DNA of 64,000 nt from an uncultured Gemmatimonadales bacterium (GCA_963828735.1 CAWHFW010000002.1:832001-896000), one strand, 5' to 3'. Counted from the stretch's first letter, positions 1-11,381 are shown. Notes: generated from the sequence alone by a model not told the origin. Made by a program: numbers and translations.

Positions 1-1236
1 ACCCTGGGAGGAGGCCTTCAACGTCGCGCTGTAGGTCCGGCCTGTATTACGAGCGGCCTGGTCCAAGCTCAGCCGATCGCTCCGCACCTCCGCGAGCCCC
101 CCTTCGCTGAGCTCCTTCCACAAGACGGGGTGACCGAGCAGGGCGATCACCTTGTCCGCCATGTCATTCACGTCCCAGAAGTCGACCCGCATGGCATGCC
201 GAAGCACCTCTGAGACGCCCGCCGTCTTCGGGATGATGCAGGGAGTGCCGTTCCGCAAGCTCTCGAGCGCGACGAGGCCGAGCGGCTCACTGACCGATGG
301 CATGACGCACACGTCCGCGGCGCGGTAGAGGCGGTCCACGTCGGCACCCTGCACCCCGCCGGTGAAGTGCATACGGTCCGCCAGGCCGAGGTCGACGGCG
401 CGCTCGATGACGCGCGGAAGCAGGTCTCCCGTCCCGGCGAGGATGAATTCCGCCTCCGCCACATGGTCCGCGACGCGGCGCGCGACTTCGACGAAGTACT
501 CCGGGCCCTTCTGCCGGGTGACCCGACCTAGGAAGAGTACCGTCGGGCGCCCACGCGCCACCGGGAGGTCCTCGAGGTCCGCGGCCTCATTGGCCACGTC
601 GACCCCGAAGTGCACCACGTCGACCTTTTCGGCGGGGATGTCGTATCGCTCCACGACCTGGCGCTTGAGCGTCGCGCTGTTGCTGATCACCCGATCCGCC
701 AGCATCAGACCGGCCGCTTCCCGCCGGTGGATCTCCGGATTGCCCGGGCCGCCACAGCGGTCGTACTCGGTGGCATGGATGTGCGCCACGAGAGGCTTGC
801 CGGACACGGCGCGCGCGCGGCGCCCCGCTTCGAACGTGATCCAGTCATGGGTGTCGATGAGGTCGTGCGGCTCGTCGCGAGCGATCACCTCCGCGATCGC
901 GGCGTAGCGCTCGACCTCCTCGAACAGGTCGGCGCCGTACACCGCCCCGTTGCCCGTTCCCCTGCGCGCCTGCTCGGCAAGGACCTCGTACGCCTCCGCG
1001 CCGGCGTATGGGGCAAGCGGGCTGTCGACTCGGATCGGGCGAAGGCCAGGCCGCGCATCCGCCGCGCTCACGAGATGAAGGTTGGGTACGTCGGGTGTCG
1101 CGGAGAGCGCGAACGGCACTACCAGCGTGATCTCGATGCCCTGGTTGAGAAGCCCCTTCACCAGGCCGAGAGTCGCGGTGGCAAGGCCGCCGGCCTGAAA
1201 CGGAGGGAATTCCCAACCGAACATCAATACGCGCAT
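1..1236 (-). CDS. Glycosyltransferase family 4 (glycogen synthase-like), 3' end runs off the window
   Basis: Not in the ORF track (no stop inside the window). Read manually from ATG at 1236: MRVLMFGWEFPPFQAGGLATATLGL; later HAHDW, GRVTRQKG, PSVSEPLGLVALE (GT4 E-x7-E) and DFWDVNDMA. Confidence 0.85.
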   Translation of the reverse strand, partial: MRVLMFGWEFPPFQAGGLATATLGLVKGLLNQGIEITLVVPFALSATPDVPNLHLVSAADARPGLRPIRVDSPLAPYAGAEAYEVLAEQARRGTGNGAVYGADLFEEVERYAAIAEVIARDEPHDLIDTHDWITFEAGRRARAVSGKPLVAHIHATEYDRCGGPGNPEIHRREAAGLMLADRVISNSATLKRQVVERYDIPAEKVDVVHFGVDVANEAADLEDLPVARGRPTVLFLGRVTRQKGPEYFVEVARRVADHVAEAEFILAGTGDLLPRVIERAVDLGLADRMHFTGGVQGADVDRLYRAADVCVMPSVSEPLGLVALESLRNGTPCIIPKTAGVSEVLRHAMRVDFWDVNDMADKVIALLGHPVLWKELSEGGLAEVRSDRLSLDQAARNTGRTYSATLKASSQG

Positions 1237-1466
1237 GGGAGTCCTGATCTTCGCTGGCGAAGCGACTCGGCTGTCATGGACGGAACGTCGTGAGCTGCGT
1301 TGGGGAGGGTAACGCTACCTCGGCAGGTTCGGTTCCACGCGGCAGGAGGAAGCGGAGGGTCCCACGGATCTTCTGCGGAGCCGATCAGCGGGCGCCTCGA
1401 TCACGGAGAGGCATCACGCATCGACCGGGAGGTGGCATGGCGGGCCCTTGTGCCGGCGGTAGTCTG

Positions 1467-2897
1467 CTACCCCGGTCGCTCGACGCTCTTGCCCGCCGCG
1501 CTCCACTCGGCGAACCCGCCACCGTACAGGCGCACGCCGGTGACGCCGCGAGCACGAAGCAGCGAGGCGGCGATCCCCGCGCGCGAGCCGGTCTGGCATT
1601 GCACCACGAGCGGACGCTGACGCGGAAGCTCGCCGATCCGATCCTCGAGCTCGCCGAGCGGAATGTTGGCGGCCCCCGGCAGATGACCCGCGGCCCATTC
1701 GGACCTCGAGCGGACGTCCAGGATGCCGACGTCCCCGGTGGCCAGGGCGCTCGCGACCTCATCCATGGCGATAGTAGAGATCGTCTCGATCGACCGGCCC
1801 GCCGCTTGCCATGCGTCGAGCGCGTTCGACCCGGCGGTCCCGGCGACGCGGTCGAGCCCGATGCCGGCCAGCGCGCGCAGGAGGTCGCCGGCACCATTCG
1901 CGCCGTGGTCCTCCGCGATGAGATAGAAGTCGCGGTCGTACGGGAGGAGCGACCCGCTCCACGTGACGAACGACCGGTTCGCCGGAATGTTGATCGTCCC
2001 TGGGATCGCTCGCCGGACGTACTCGCGCACCGGGCGCGTGTCGACGACCGGCGTGCCCGCGGCAAGCCCCGCGGCGAGCTCGGCCACGCCGACGCGCGGT
2101 GGGCGCTCGGCATGATCCCGCAGCCGTGGCCCGTCCCGATTGATGCGCTTCATCTCCGCGAAGTAGCGAGGCGGCTCCGGCTGGCCCGCGAGCACCGCAC
2201 GCATGAACTCGTCCTCGCTCGTGAGGCCGAACGCCCAGTTGAAGCGCCGCTCGTAGCCCAGCGTGGTCTGCGGCACCGCACCGAGCGACTTGCCGCACGC
2301 GGACCCAGCGCCGTGACCGGGCCAGATCTGCAGGTAGTCCGGAAGGCCACCGAGACGTTGGAGGGACTGGAAGAGCTGCCGCGCCCCGGTCTCCATCGTG
2401 CCGGCGATGTGCGCCGCGCGCTCGAGGAGGTCGGGACGTCCCACGTCGCCGACGAAGACGAAGTCGCCGGTGAGAGCGCCCATGGGCGCGGTCGCCGCGG
2501 CGCCATCGGTCACCAGGAAGATGACGTGCTCCGGTGTATGGCCCGGGGTGTGAACGACGCGCACGGCGAGGTGACCGACGCAGAACGTGTCTTCGTCGTG
2601 GAGCAGTTGCGCCCCCGCTTCGGCGGCGTAGCGGTAGCGCCAGTCTTCGCCGCCTTCGTCGGACAGAAGCAGCCGCGCGCCGGTCCGGTGCGCCAGCTCG
2701 CGGGCGCCCGAAACGAAGTCCGCGTGGATGTGGGTCTCGGTCACGTGCGTGATCCGGAACCCCTCCGCCTCCGCGCCGCGCAGGTACGGCTCGAGGTGAC
2801 GGTTGGGGTCGACCACGAGCGATTCACCGGTGGCCTGGCAACCGATGAGATAGCTGGCCTGCGCGAGCTGGTCGTCGTAGAAGCGTCGGAAGAACAT
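1467..2897 (-). CDS. MBL-fold hydrolase with two rhodanese domains (CstB-like persulfide dioxygenase/sulfurtransferase)
   Basis: ETHIHADF, TPGHTPEH, GDFVFVGDVGRPDL, PGHGAGSACGKSL; C-terminal rhodanese LDVRSRSEWAAGHLPGA with CQTGSR active loop. Confidence 0.9.
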   Translation of the reverse strand: MFFRRFYDDQLAQASYLIGCQATGESLVVDPNRHLEPYLRGAEAEGFRITHVTETHIHADFVSGARELAHRTGARLLLSDEGGEDWRYRYAAEAGAQLLHDEDTFCVGHLAVRVVHTPGHTPEHVIFLVTDGAAATAPMGALTGDFVFVGDVGRPDLLERAAHIAGTMETGARQLFQSLQRLGGLPDYLQIWPGHGAGSACGKSLGAVPQTTLGYERRFNWAFGLTSEDEFMRAVLAGQPEPPRYFAEMKRINRDGPRLRDHAERPPRVGVAELAAGLAAGTPVVDTRPVREYVRRAIPGTINIPANRSFVTWSGSLLPYDRDFYLIAEDHGANGAGDLLRALAGIGLDRVAGTAGSNALDAWQAAGRSIETISTIAMDEVASALATGDVGILDVRSRSEWAAGHLPGAANIPLGELEDRIGELPRQRPLVVQCQTGSRAGIAASLLRARGVTGVRLYGGGFAEWSAAGKSVERPG

Positions 2898-2903
2898 GTC
2901 GGC

Positions 2904-4259
2904 TCAGGATGTCGACGTCAGTGGTCCCAGGGGAAGCCGGAGGCAGGCGCGGGCGCCGCGTGCTTTGTCGGGCCGAGGCTCGAGCACGACGCTGCCGCCG
3001 TGCGCCTCTGCGATCTGGCGGCTCAGCACAAGGCCGATGCCGGTACCGTTCGCCTTGGTGGTGAAGAACGGGACGAACAGGTTGCCCGGATCCGGCAGCC
3101 CCGGTCCGTCGTCGTCCACGGTCACCTCGGCGACGCCGCTCAGCACGCGCCAGCCGACGCACACGCCGCCAGCCGTCTCGAGCGCCGCATCGGCCGCGTT
3201 CCGTACCAGGTTGATCAACAACTGGTCGAGCTGATCCCCGTCCGCGGTCAGCACGGCGGCGGGCCCCTCTTGCACCCGCACGTCGAGCCGCGTCTCGAGC
3301 GCTGCCACCCGACGTACCCACTCGTCGATCCGGACCGCCCCGACCTTCGGGTGCGGCAACCGCGCGAGCTGCGCGTAGGCGCCCATGAATCGCGCGAGGG
3401 ATTCGGACCGCCCCTCGATCACCTGCAGCCCCGACCGGAGGTCCTGCTCCCAATCGACCGGGCGCGCCGACCGCTCGGCGAGGCTTCGGAGGCTGCCGGC
3501 GATCGACTTGATCGGGGCGAGCGAGTTGTTGATCTCGTGACCGAGCACCCGCACGATCCGCTGCCACGCCGACCGCTCCTCCGCCCGAAGGACGCGGCTC
3601 AAGTCGGATAGCACGAGCAGGCGATGGGGGAGCCCGTCCTGGCGAAAAGTAGTGCCGCGCACCTCCCAGCGCCCGGCGCCGCCCGGAAACGCCGCCTCCA
3701 GGGTCCGCGGCGTATCGCCCTCGAGGCACGCCGCCAGGCCCAGGGCTGTCGCCTCCATGCCCATGAGGCGCTCGACGGGCAGGCCGAGGAGGCGCTCGCC
3801 GCCGCGATTCACCAGTCGGAGCCGCTGCGACTGATCGAACGCGAACACCGCGACATCGATCTCCTCGATGACGCGCCGGAGCAGCGCCGTGGCCTCCAGC
3901 GCGTGGAGGCGCTGCGAGCGCAGTGTTTCGCTGAGGATGTTCACTTCCAGGAGCGCGAGGCCGAGCCCGTCGTCCGGACTGGCGCCGCGCGCGCGGATCG
4001 AGTAGTCCCCTTCGCGCAGCGCGGCGAGCAGGTTGGCGATGGTCTGGAGCGGCCGGAGCACGCGCTCCCGCACGAGGGCGGCCCCGATGAGCCACGCGCC
4101 CACGATGAGCAGCGTGAGCGTCACCTGCACGCGGAGCGCGTGCTCTCCCGACCAGAGCAGCCATTCCGCGACCACGACGGCCGGCAGCCCCGTCAGCAGC
4201 GCGGCGGCGAAGACCCGCGACTCGTGACCGGCGGGCCGACGCCGCCGGTCAGAGCCCAT
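2904..4259 (-). CDS. Sensor histidine kinase (2 TM, HAMP-like, PAS, HisKA, HATPase)
   Basis: H-box RVLGHEINNSLAPI, N-box NLVRNA, DDGPG, FVPFFTTK, GTGIGL; overlaps the response regulator stop. Confidence 0.9.
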   Translation of the reverse strand: MGSDRRRRPAGHESRVFAAALLTGLPAVVVAEWLLWSGEHALRVQVTLTLLIVGAWLIGAALVRERVLRPLQTIANLLAALREGDYSIRARGASPDDGLGLALLEVNILSETLRSQRLHALEATALLRRVIEEIDVAVFAFDQSQRLRLVNRGGERLLGLPVERLMGMEATALGLAACLEGDTPRTLEAAFPGGAGRWEVRGTTFRQDGLPHRLLVLSDLSRVLRAEERSAWQRIVRVLGHEINNSLAPIKSIAGSLRSLAERSARPVDWEQDLRSGLQVIEGRSESLARFMGAYAQLARLPHPKVGAVRIDEWVRRVAALETRLDVRVQEGPAAVLTADGDQLDQLLINLVRNAADAALETAGGVCVGWRVLSGVAEVTVDDDGPGLPDPGNLFVPFFTTKANGTGIGLVLSRQIAEAHGGSVVLEPRPDKARGARACLRLPLGPLTSTS

Positions 4260-5613
4260 GATGCTGGAGACGGCGGTAGAGCGCGCTTCGGCTGAGCCCC
4301 AGCGCCTTTGCCGCGTGGCTCACGTTGCCTCCATGACGCTCGAGCGCCTTGCGGATCAGCAGGCGCTCCACCTCCTCGAGCGGCAGGTCCTCGAGTCGCG
4401 CGGCGGGCCCGGCCCCGCGAAGGCCCAGATCGGCTGCGCGGACGAGCGGCCCGTGCGCCATGAGTACCGCACGCTCGAGCGTGTGGTCCAGCTCGCGCAC
4501 ATTGCCGGGCCAGGGGTGGCTCTCGAGGGCCGCGAGGGCCTCCGGCTCGAGCCCACCGAGGGCCTTCCGATACCGGGTCGCGTACCTGTGGAGGAAGTGC
4601 TGGGCCAAGGCGCGGATGTCGTCGCGGCGCTCGCGAAGCGGCGGCAACCGGATCTCGATGGTATTGAGGCGGAAAAGCAGGTCCTCGCGGAAGCGCCCCC
4701 CGGCGACCTCCGCCGGCAGATCGGCGTTCGTGGCCGACACGATACGCACGTCGATCTTCCGTGCGCGGGACGCGCCGACGCGCTCGACTTCACCGTTCTC
4801 GAGCACCCGGAGCAGCTTGGCCTGCTGCCGGGGCTCCAGGGTCCCGATCTCGTCGAGGAGAAGCGTGCCCCCCTCGGCCAGCTCGAACCGACCGATGCGG
4901 TCGGCGCGCGCGTCGGTGAAGGCGCCCTTCACGTGCCCGAACATCTCGCTCTCGAAGAGCCCTTCGGAGAGCCCGCCGAGGTTCACGGCGACGAGCGGCC
5001 GCGCGGCGCGCGGCGAGGCGGCGTGGATCCACTGGGCCACGACCTCCTTGCCGCTGCCGTGCTCGCCGGTGATGAGTACGTTGGCGTCGGAGGGAGCCAC
5101 TCGCTCGATGAGCTGGAGCACCGGGCGCATCACGGCGGATTCCGCGATGAGCTCCGGCCGGCCGTCACGCCTGAGCAGCCGGTTCTCGCTCTCGAGGCGG
5201 CTGGTGCGGCGGAGCGCCCGGCCCAGCTCGACCTGCGTGCGCAGGGTGGCGAGGAGGCGAGCGTTGTCCCACGGCTTCTCGATGAAATCGCGCGCGCCCC
5301 GGCGCATCGCCTCGACCGCCTTGTCCACGCTGCCCCAGGCGGTCATCACGACCGCGGGCAGGGTCGCATCCAACGCCTGGAGCTCGGAGACGAGCTCGAG
5401 GCCCTCGCGCCCGGTGGTGGTGTCGCGCGCGTAGTTGAGGTCGAGCAGCACGGCGTCGAAGTCCGCGTGCTGGACGGCCGAGAGAACGGCGGCCGGGGAA
5501 GCGGCCGTCTCGATGGCGTACCCTTCGCCCTTGAGCAGCAGGCGAAGCGCCTCGCGGACATCGGGCTGATCGTCCGCGACGAGGATGTGCGGGGCGGGCG
5601 GGGAGTTCGGCAA
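4249..5613 (-). CDS. Sigma54-dependent NtrC-family response regulator (REC-AAA+-Fis HTH)
   Basis: ADD/LLDLN receiver, GEHGSGKE Walker A, GAFTDA loop, LLDEIG, WPGNVREL, LGLSRSALYRRL. Confidence 0.95.
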   Translation of the reverse strand: MPNSPPAPHILVADDQPDVREALRLLLKGEGYAIETAASPAAVLSAVQHADFDAVLLDLNYARDTTTGREGLELVSELQALDATLPAVVMTAWGSVDKAVEAMRRGARDFIEKPWDNARLLATLRTQVELGRALRRTSRLESENRLLRRDGRPELIAESAVMRPVLQLIERVAPSDANVLITGEHGSGKEVVAQWIHAASPRAARPLVAVNLGGLSEGLFESEMFGHVKGAFTDARADRIGRFELAEGGTLLLDEIGTLEPRQQAKLLRVLENGEVERVGASRARKIDVRIVSATNADLPAEVAGGRFREDLLFRLNTIEIRLPPLRERRDDIRALAQHFLHRYATRYRKALGGLEPEALAALESHPWPGNVRELDHTLERAVLMAHGPLVRAADLGLRGAGPAARLEDLPLEEVERLLIRKALERHGGNVSHAAKALGLSRSALYRRLQHHGL

Positions 5614-5701
5614 GAGACCTGGGCGGTGGGTTCGGGCTGAATCTAATGCGAGGCCGGCGTTCCGGTGCGACGCGCCCGGCTCGGTCGGAGGCGGGGTCTG
5701 C

Positions 5702-5761
5702 GCACCACGGAGGTACGGAGGGCCACAGGAAGGAACATCATGCTCCGTGCCTCCGTGATGC
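5702..5761. repeat. Intergenic inverted repeat (REP-like hairpin)
   Basis: GCACCACGGAGGTACGGAG (5702-5720) pairs with CTCCGTGCCTCCGTGATGC (5743-5761), 17/19 matches. Confidence 0.6.
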
Positions 5762-5774
5762 GCAGGCCGTCGGG

Positions 5775-6470
5775 TTACCCGGCGTTCCCCGACACGCCGA
5801 CCCGCTCGGGCTCCACGATCCAGCCGTCACGCAGCTGAATCGTGCGGTTGCCGTACGACGCGTTCTTCTCGGAGTGCGTCACCTGGACGATCGTCGTCCC
5901 CTGCCGGTTGAGCCGGGTGAACAGCTCCATGATCTCCTCGCCCTGCGCGCTGTGCAGGTTCCCCGTCGGCTCGTCGGCCAGGAGCAGCTTCGGGCTCGCG
6001 ATGACCGCGCGGGCGACGCCCACGAGCTGCTGCTGGCCGCCCGAGAGCTGACCCGGGTACAGATCCTTCTTGCCCACCATCTGGAAGCGGTCCAGCGTCT
6101 CGGCCACGATCGCCGCGCGCTCCTTGGGCTTCACGTCCCGGTACGACAGCGGCATCTCGAGGTTTTCGTAGACGGTGAGATCGTCGAGCAAATGGTACTT
6201 CTGGAACACGAAGCCGATGTAGCGCTTGTTGAGCTCGACCCGCTTCTTGAGCGGCAGCTCGTGGACCGCCTCGCCGAAGAACCAGTATTCGCCGGTCCAG
6301 GCGTTGTCGAGCAACCCGAGAATGCTGAGCAGGGTGGACTTCCCCGCCCCGGACGGCCCCATGATGGTGAGGAACTCCCCCTCGCGGATCTCCAGCTCGA
6401 TGCGCCGGAGCACGTAGGTGCGAGTGGGACCGGCCTGGTAGTAGCGGTCGAGGTTCGCGAGTCGGATCAC
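5775..6470 (-). CDS. ABC transporter ATP-binding protein, MacB/LolD type (ATPase 3 of 3)
   Basis: [32 protein letters not shown] start with GGAG upstream. Confidence 0.95.
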   Translation of the reverse strand: MIRLANLDRYYQAGPTRTYVLRRIELEIREGEFLTIMGPSGAGKSTLLSILGLLDNAWTGEYWFFGEAVHELPLKKRVELNKRYIGFVFQKYHLLDDLTVYENLEMPLSYRDVKPKERAAIVAETLDRFQMVGKKDLYPGQLSGGQQQLVGVARAVIASPKLLLADEPTGNLHSAQGEEIMELFTRLNRQGTTIVQVTHSEKNASYGNRTIQLRDGWIVEPERVGVSGNAG

Positions 6471-6498
6471 GGGCGCTCCGTTGAGGTAAGAAGATTCA

Positions 6499-8955
6499 TC
6501 ACTCGCTCCTGAGCGCGATGGCCGGATCGACGGCCGTCGCCCGACGGGCCGGCAGGTAGCAGGCCGCGAGCGCCACCGCGGTGAGGAGCACCGCGATACC
6601 CCCGAGGGTCAGCGGGTCGTGTGGGCTGGTCTGGTAGAGCAGCCCACCGAGGAACCGCGTCAGCACGAGCGACCCCACGATGCCGACCAGGATGCTCGGC
6701 AGCACCAGCCGCATCCCGCGGGCGATCACGTCGCGGCGGGTGTGGCGCGGGTCCTCGCCCAGCGCGAGCCGGATGCCGAACTCCCGGGTACGCTGCGTGA
6801 CGGTGTAGGCGATCACGCCGAAGATGCCCACCGCCGCGAGCAGGAGGGCGATGCCCCCGAGCGCGGCCATGAGCAGCAGGTTGAACCGCGCCTGCGCCAT
6901 GCCCTCGGACAGATAGAGCTCCATCGGCGCCAGGCGGGTGACCGCGAGATCCTTGTCCATCTCGTGGACGAGCCCCGTCGCCGCGCCGCCGAGGCTCTGC
7001 GGGGCGACGCTGGTCTCGAGGGCCACGTCCACGACGGTCGGGAGTTGCTGCCCCATCGGGTAGAAGATGAGCGGCCGCACGGCGCGAGCGAGATCGTGGC
7101 TGCGCTCGTGCTCCACGACGCCGACGACCTCGGCCATGTTGTTCGCCTCGCCGGTGGGCCCGAGCTGGAGCTGCTTGCCAACTGCGCTCTGCCCCGGCCA
7201 CGCCTGACGCGCGAGGGTCTCGTCGATGATGATCACCGGCGGCTTCCCGACCGCATCGTCCCACGTGAACGCGCGTCCCGCCAGGAGCCGGGTGTTCATG
7301 GCGGTGAAGTACGCGGGTGAGATCTGTCGGCCGTCGGCCGTGACCGACTCCCAGTTCCGCGCGGTGGCCTCGTCGTAGGCATATGGAGAGAGGGGGCCGC
7401 TGCCGGTGAGCGGGAGCTTGGAGATGAGGCCGACCCGCTTCACGCCGGGAAGCTCGCCCAGCCGCCGCTCGACCTCGCGCACGAAGGTCCGGCGCGCGTT
7501 GCCGTTGGGGTACCGGCCCGCCGGCATCGCAAACTGGAAGGTGAGGACGTCCGACGCGTCGAACCCGGGCCGCACCTCCTGCAGCGCGAGGAAGCTCCGC
7601 ACCAGGAGGCCTGCTCCCACGAGGAGGACGACGGAAAGCGCCACTTCGCCCAGGACGAGCAGCCCGCGGATGCGCTGCCGCGTGCGTCCGGTGCCGGCGC
7701 GGCTGCTGCCCTGCAGGGATCGCTGCGGGTCCTTCCCCGCCGCCTGCAGCGCCGGCGCCAGCCCGAAGACGAGCGTGGTCGCGAGGCACGTGAGCGCGGT
7801 GAAGGCCAGGACCCGGCCATCCATGTCGATCTCACCGAGACGCGGGAGGTTCGAGGGATGGAGGGCCCGGAGCAGCCCGAGCGCAAGCGTGGTGACGATG
7901 AGACCCAGCGCCCCGCCAGCGACCGCGAGGACGGCGCTCTCGGTGAGCAGCTGGCGCACGACCGCTCCGCGGCTCGCGCCGAGCGCCGTCCGGAGCGCGA
8001 ACTCGCCCTCGCGCACCGTCGCCCGCACCAGGAGCAGGTGGGCCACGTTGGCGCACGCGATGAGGAGCACCAGCCCCACGGCGCCGAGCAGCACGAGCAG
8101 CGCGGGACGGGCGTGTTTCACGACGTCCTGCTGCAGCGGCACGGCGCGGATCCGGACCTGGGTACCCGCGTGCTCGGGGAATTCCTTCCGGAACTGCATC
8201 GCGATGCCGTCCATCTCCGCCTGCGCCTGCGCAAACGTCACGTCGGGCCGGAGCCGCCCGAACACCGTGAAGAAGGTGTAGTTCCGGGGCGGGGCGTGAC
8301 CGTAGTCGAACTGGAGCGGCGTCCACAGCTCCGCGTCGGTCACCAGAAACGCCTCGGCGGGCAGCGCGAGCCGGAACGCGGTCGGGAGGACGCCCACGAC
8401 CTGGTAGCCGACCCCATCCACCTGGATCGTGCGCCCGACCACGCCGGGATCGGCGCCGTAGCGCCGGCGCCAGAGCCGGTCGCTCAGCATGACGACGTGT
8501 GGTCCGCCGGACGCCTCTTCCGCCTCAAGGAAATTCCGGCCGTAGGCGGGCGTGACGCCGAACAGCGGGAAGAAGTTGGCGGTGACGGTCGCGAATGTCA
8601 CCCGCTCGGGCTCGCCCTCACCGGTGAGATTGCCGTGGAGACCGACAACGCCTGCATCCGATGCGGCCGCAAAGGTCTCAAACGTGCGGCTCCGTCGCTG
8701 GTAATCGCGAAAGTCGAGCGGTGACACCGCCGGCAGGGACTGCGCGCCGACGCCAAAATCATTCCAGATGTTCGCGATCCGGTCCGCTGCGGGATACGCC
8801 AGCGGCCTGAGCAGCACGCCGTTCACCACCGTGAAGATGGTCGTCGTCGCGCCGATGCCGAGCGCGAGCGTGAGCACCGCGGCGAACGTGAAGCCCGGCG
8901 TCCGCCGGAGGGCACGGACCGCGTAGCGCAGGTCCTGGAGGAGACGGTGCATCAT
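6499..8955 (-). CDS. Duplicated MacB/FtsX ABC permease (ADOP-like), ~818 aa
   Basis: Start re-called to [14 protein letters not shown] (ATGA overlap with upstream stop); [40 protein letters not shown]. Confidence 0.9.
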   Translation of the reverse strand: MMHRLLQDLRYAVRALRRTPGFTFAAVLTLALGIGATTTIFTVVNGVLLRPLAYPAADRIANIWNDFGVGAQSLPAVSPLDFRDYQRRSRTFETFAAASDAGVVGLHGNLTGEGEPERVTFATVTANFFPLFGVTPAYGRNFLEAEEASGGPHVVMLSDRLWRRRYGADPGVVGRTIQVDGVGYQVVGVLPTAFRLALPAEAFLVTDAELWTPLQFDYGHAPPRNYTFFTVFGRLRPDVTFAQAQAEMDGIAMQFRKEFPEHAGTQVRIRAVPLQQDVVKHARPALLVLLGAVGLVLLIACANVAHLLLVRATVREGEFALRTALGASRGAVVRQLLTESAVLAVAGGALGLIVTTLALGLLRALHPSNLPRLGEIDMDGRVLAFTALTCLATTLVFGLAPALQAAGKDPQRSLQGSSRAGTGRTRQRIRGLLVLGEVALSVVLLVGAGLLVRSFLALQEVRPGFDASDVLTFQFAMPAGRYPNGNARRTFVREVERRLGELPGVKRVGLISKLPLTGSGPLSPYAYDEATARNWESVTADGRQISPAYFTAMNTRLLAGRAFTWDDAVGKPPVIIIDETLARQAWPGQSAVGKQLQLGPTGEANNMAEVVGVVEHERSHDLARAVRPLIFYPMGQQLPTVVDVALETSVAPQSLGGAATGLVHEMDKDLAVTRLAPMELYLSEGMAQARFNLLLMAALGGIALLLAAVGIFGVIAYTVTQRTREFGIRLALGEDPRHTRRDVIARGMRLVLPSILVGIVGSLVLTRFLGGLLYQTSPHDPLTLGGIAVLLTAVALAACYLPARRATAVDPAIALRSE

Positions 8956-11381
8956 TCGCTCCGAAGCGCGATGACGGGATCGACCCGCGTGGCGCGCAGG
9001 GCGGGGATCAGGCAGGCCACCGCGGACACGGCGGCCAGTGTGGCCACGGCGGCGGCGAGCACGGCGGGATCGGTGGGGCTCACCCCGAAGAGCTGGCTCA
9101 CCAGGAGTCTGGTGAGCGCCAGCGCCCCCGCGAGGCCGAGCCCGATCCCCAGCGCGGCCATGCCGAGGCCGCGGCCCAGCACCAGGTAGCGCACGCTGGT
9201 GGTACTGGCCCCGAGTGCGAGCCGGATCCCGAGCTCCCGGGTGCGCTGGCTGACGCTGTAGGCCATGACGCCGTAAACGCCCACCGCCGCGATGCTCAGC
9301 GCGAGCGCGCCGAAGACCGTGAGCAGGAGCATGCTGAACCGGTAGCGGGCCACCGCATCGCTCACCAGCTCGCTCGCCGGACGCAGCCGGCTCACCGCCT
9401 GCTCGGCATCGACGTCGTGCACCGCGGCCTTGATCGCCGGGAAGAGGGTCGTCGACGGCAGCGCCCCCCGGACCACGAACGAGATCGGCAGCGGGACGAA
9501 GATGGTCCAGAACTCCGGCGTGAGCTGCGACGCCGGCACGTAGAGCTCCGGCTGTGCCGGCGAAGACAGGCCGTCGTGATGCACGTCGCCCACGACGCCG
9601 ACGATCTCCCGCCACTCGGGCTCGTCGGTCGGGCTGCCGAAGGTCACGCGTTTGCCGATCGGGTCCTGTCCGCCGAAGAACGAGCGGACGAACGCCTCGT
9701 TGACCACGGCGACGCGGCGCTCGCCTCCGCTGTCGGTCGCGCGGAGGGTCCGGCCTCGTCGGACCGCGATCTCCATGCTCTCGAGATATTCGCCCATCAC
9801 GATACGATAGCCAGCGTAGCGCTCGTGGCCCGGCGCCGCGGCCGGCTCTCCCTCGACGGAAACGTCCCCGTTGGTGTTCCCGTCGCCGAGCGGGAGGAAG
9901 TACACGGCGCCAGCGTGCGTGACGCCCGGGATCGCGCGAAGGCCGTCGAGCACCCGGCCCACGAACTGGCGCTGCGCATCCGCGCTCGGGTACTTGGCGC
10001 TCGACAGGTTGAACTGGAAGGCGGTGGCGTGCTCCGGCTGGAACCCCGGGTCCACGCCCGCGAGCCGCCTGACGCTGACGATGAGGAGCGCGGCGCCGGC
10101 GAGCAGCACCAGCGCGAGGGCCACCTGCGCGACGACGAGCCCCGAGCGAAACCGGGTGCCCTGCCGCCCGCCAGTGCCGCGGCCCTCGCCGCGGAACGAC
10201 TCCGCGGGGTCATGGCGCGAGGCGGCGAAGGCCGGCGCGAGCCCGAACAGCAGACCGACGCCTACCGATACGAGAAGGGTGAAGGCCAGCACCCTGGCGT
10301 CGACCGAGACCCCGCTCAGGCGCGGGATGCCGCGCGGATGCAGCGCGAGCAGAGCGTCGACCGACCAGGTCGCGACCAGCATGCCGAGCGCGCCGCCCAG
10401 CAGCGAGAGAACCACCGCCTCGGCCATTGCCTGCTGCATGAGACGGCGGCGCCCGGCGCCGAGGGCGGCCCGGACGGCCAGCTCACGGGTGCGCGTCGAC
10501 GCGCGCGCGAGGAGCAGGTTGGCGACGTTGGCGCAGGCGATGAGCAGGACGAATCCCACGGCGCCGAGGAGGAGGAGCAGCGCGGGCCGGATGCTGCCGA
10601 TGGCATCCTCGGTGAACGAGGTGACCTTCGCCCCCCGCCCCGTGTTGGTGGCGGGATACTCGGTCGCGAGTGCACGCGCCACCGCGCTCATGTCCTGCTG
10701 CGCGGCGGCCAGGGTCGAGCCCGGCTTGAGCCGCGCGATCACCTCATACGAGTGCGAGTCCCGATCGTTTGCGCGCCCGGTGCCGAAGCCGAGCGGCAGC
10801 CAGAGCTGGGTCCGCCCCGGATAGTCGAGCGAGGCCGGCGCCACGCCGACCACCGTGTAAGGTGTGCCGCCGAGGTCGATCGTGCGCCCGAGGATGCCTG
10901 GATCGGCGCCGAATCGCGTGCGCCAGAGCGACTCGCCGATGACGGCGACCGTGGCCTGGCCGTGGTCCTCGCCCGGCAGCAGCCCGCGCCCCAGCATCGG
11001 TTCCACGCCGAGCGTACGGAAGAAATCCGAGGAGATCAGCGCCGCCGACATCTCCTCCGGCTCGCCGGCGCCGAGCATGGTGACGGCGACGCCGCGCCAC
11101 GCGGCGAGCGAGCTGAAGTAATGTGCCCGCGCCTGCCAGTCGAGCGCGTTGGCCCCGCTCACGGACCCGGCGACGTCGGCGGCGTATGTCTCCTGCACCA
11201 CCACCAGCCGGTCCGGCTGCGGATACGGAAACGGTCGCAGCAGCACGCCGTTCACCACACTGAAGATCGCGCTGTTCGCCCCGATGCCGAGCGCGAGCGT
11301 GAACAGCGTGACCGCCGTGAAGCCGGGAGCCTTGGCCAGCGAGCGGAGTGCGTAGCGCAGGTCCTGCCAGAGTCCGGTCAT
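8952..11381 (-). CDS. Duplicated MacB/FtsX ABC permease (ADOP-like), ~809 aa
   Basis: Start re-called to [13 protein letters not shown] (TGATG overlap); [33 protein letters not shown]. Confidence 0.9.
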   Translation of the reverse strand: MTGLWQDLRYALRSLAKAPGFTAVTLFTLALGIGANSAIFSVVNGVLLRPFPYPQPDRLVVVQETYAADVAGSVSGANALDWQARAHYFSSLAAWRGVAVTMLGAGEPEEMSAALISSDFFRTLGVEPMLGRGLLPGEDHGQATVAVIGESLWRTRFGADPGILGRTIDLGGTPYTVVGVAPASLDYPGRTQLWLPLGFGTGRANDRDSHSYEVIARLKPGSTLAAAQQDMSAVARALATEYPATNTGRGAKVTSFTEDAIGSIRPALLLLLGAVGFVLLIACANVANLLLARASTRTRELAVRAALGAGRRRLMQQAMAEAVVLSLLGGALGMLVATWSVDALLALHPRGIPRLSGVSVDARVLAFTLLVSVGVGLLFGLAPAFAASRHDPAESFRGEGRGTGGRQGTRFRSGLVVAQVALALVLLAGAALLIVSVRRLAGVDPGFQPEHATAFQFNLSSAKYPSADAQRQFVGRVLDGLRAIPGVTHAGAVYFLPLGDGNTNGDVSVEGEPAAAPGHERYAGYRIVMGEYLESMEIAVRRGRTLRATDSGGERRVAVVNEAFVRSFFGGQDPIGKRVTFGSPTDEPEWREIVGVVGDVHHDGLSSPAQPELYVPASQLTPEFWTIFVPLPISFVVRGALPSTTLFPAIKAAVHDVDAEQAVSRLRPASELVSDAVARYRFSMLLLTVFGALALSIAAVGVYGVMAYSVSQRTRELGIRLALGASTTSVRYLVLGRGLGMAALGIGLGLAGALALTRLLVSQLFGVSPTDPAVLAAAVATLAAVSAVACLIPALRATRVDPVIALRSE

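Noticed and set aside
1290..3611. 773-aa plus-strand ORF, and similar long antisense ORFs (4258-5640, 9417-11402, 11348-13693, 30835-32907, 40029-42653, 60215-62065)
   Set aside because: Shadow frames opposite well-supported genes, expected at high GC; R/A/G/P-rich with no motifs.
8956..9615. N-terminal extension making the last permease 1038 aa (similar extensions on the TBDR, helicase, HupE and sigma ORFs)
   Set aside because: Overlaps upstream genes; family-typical starts with coupling or an RBS lie downstream.
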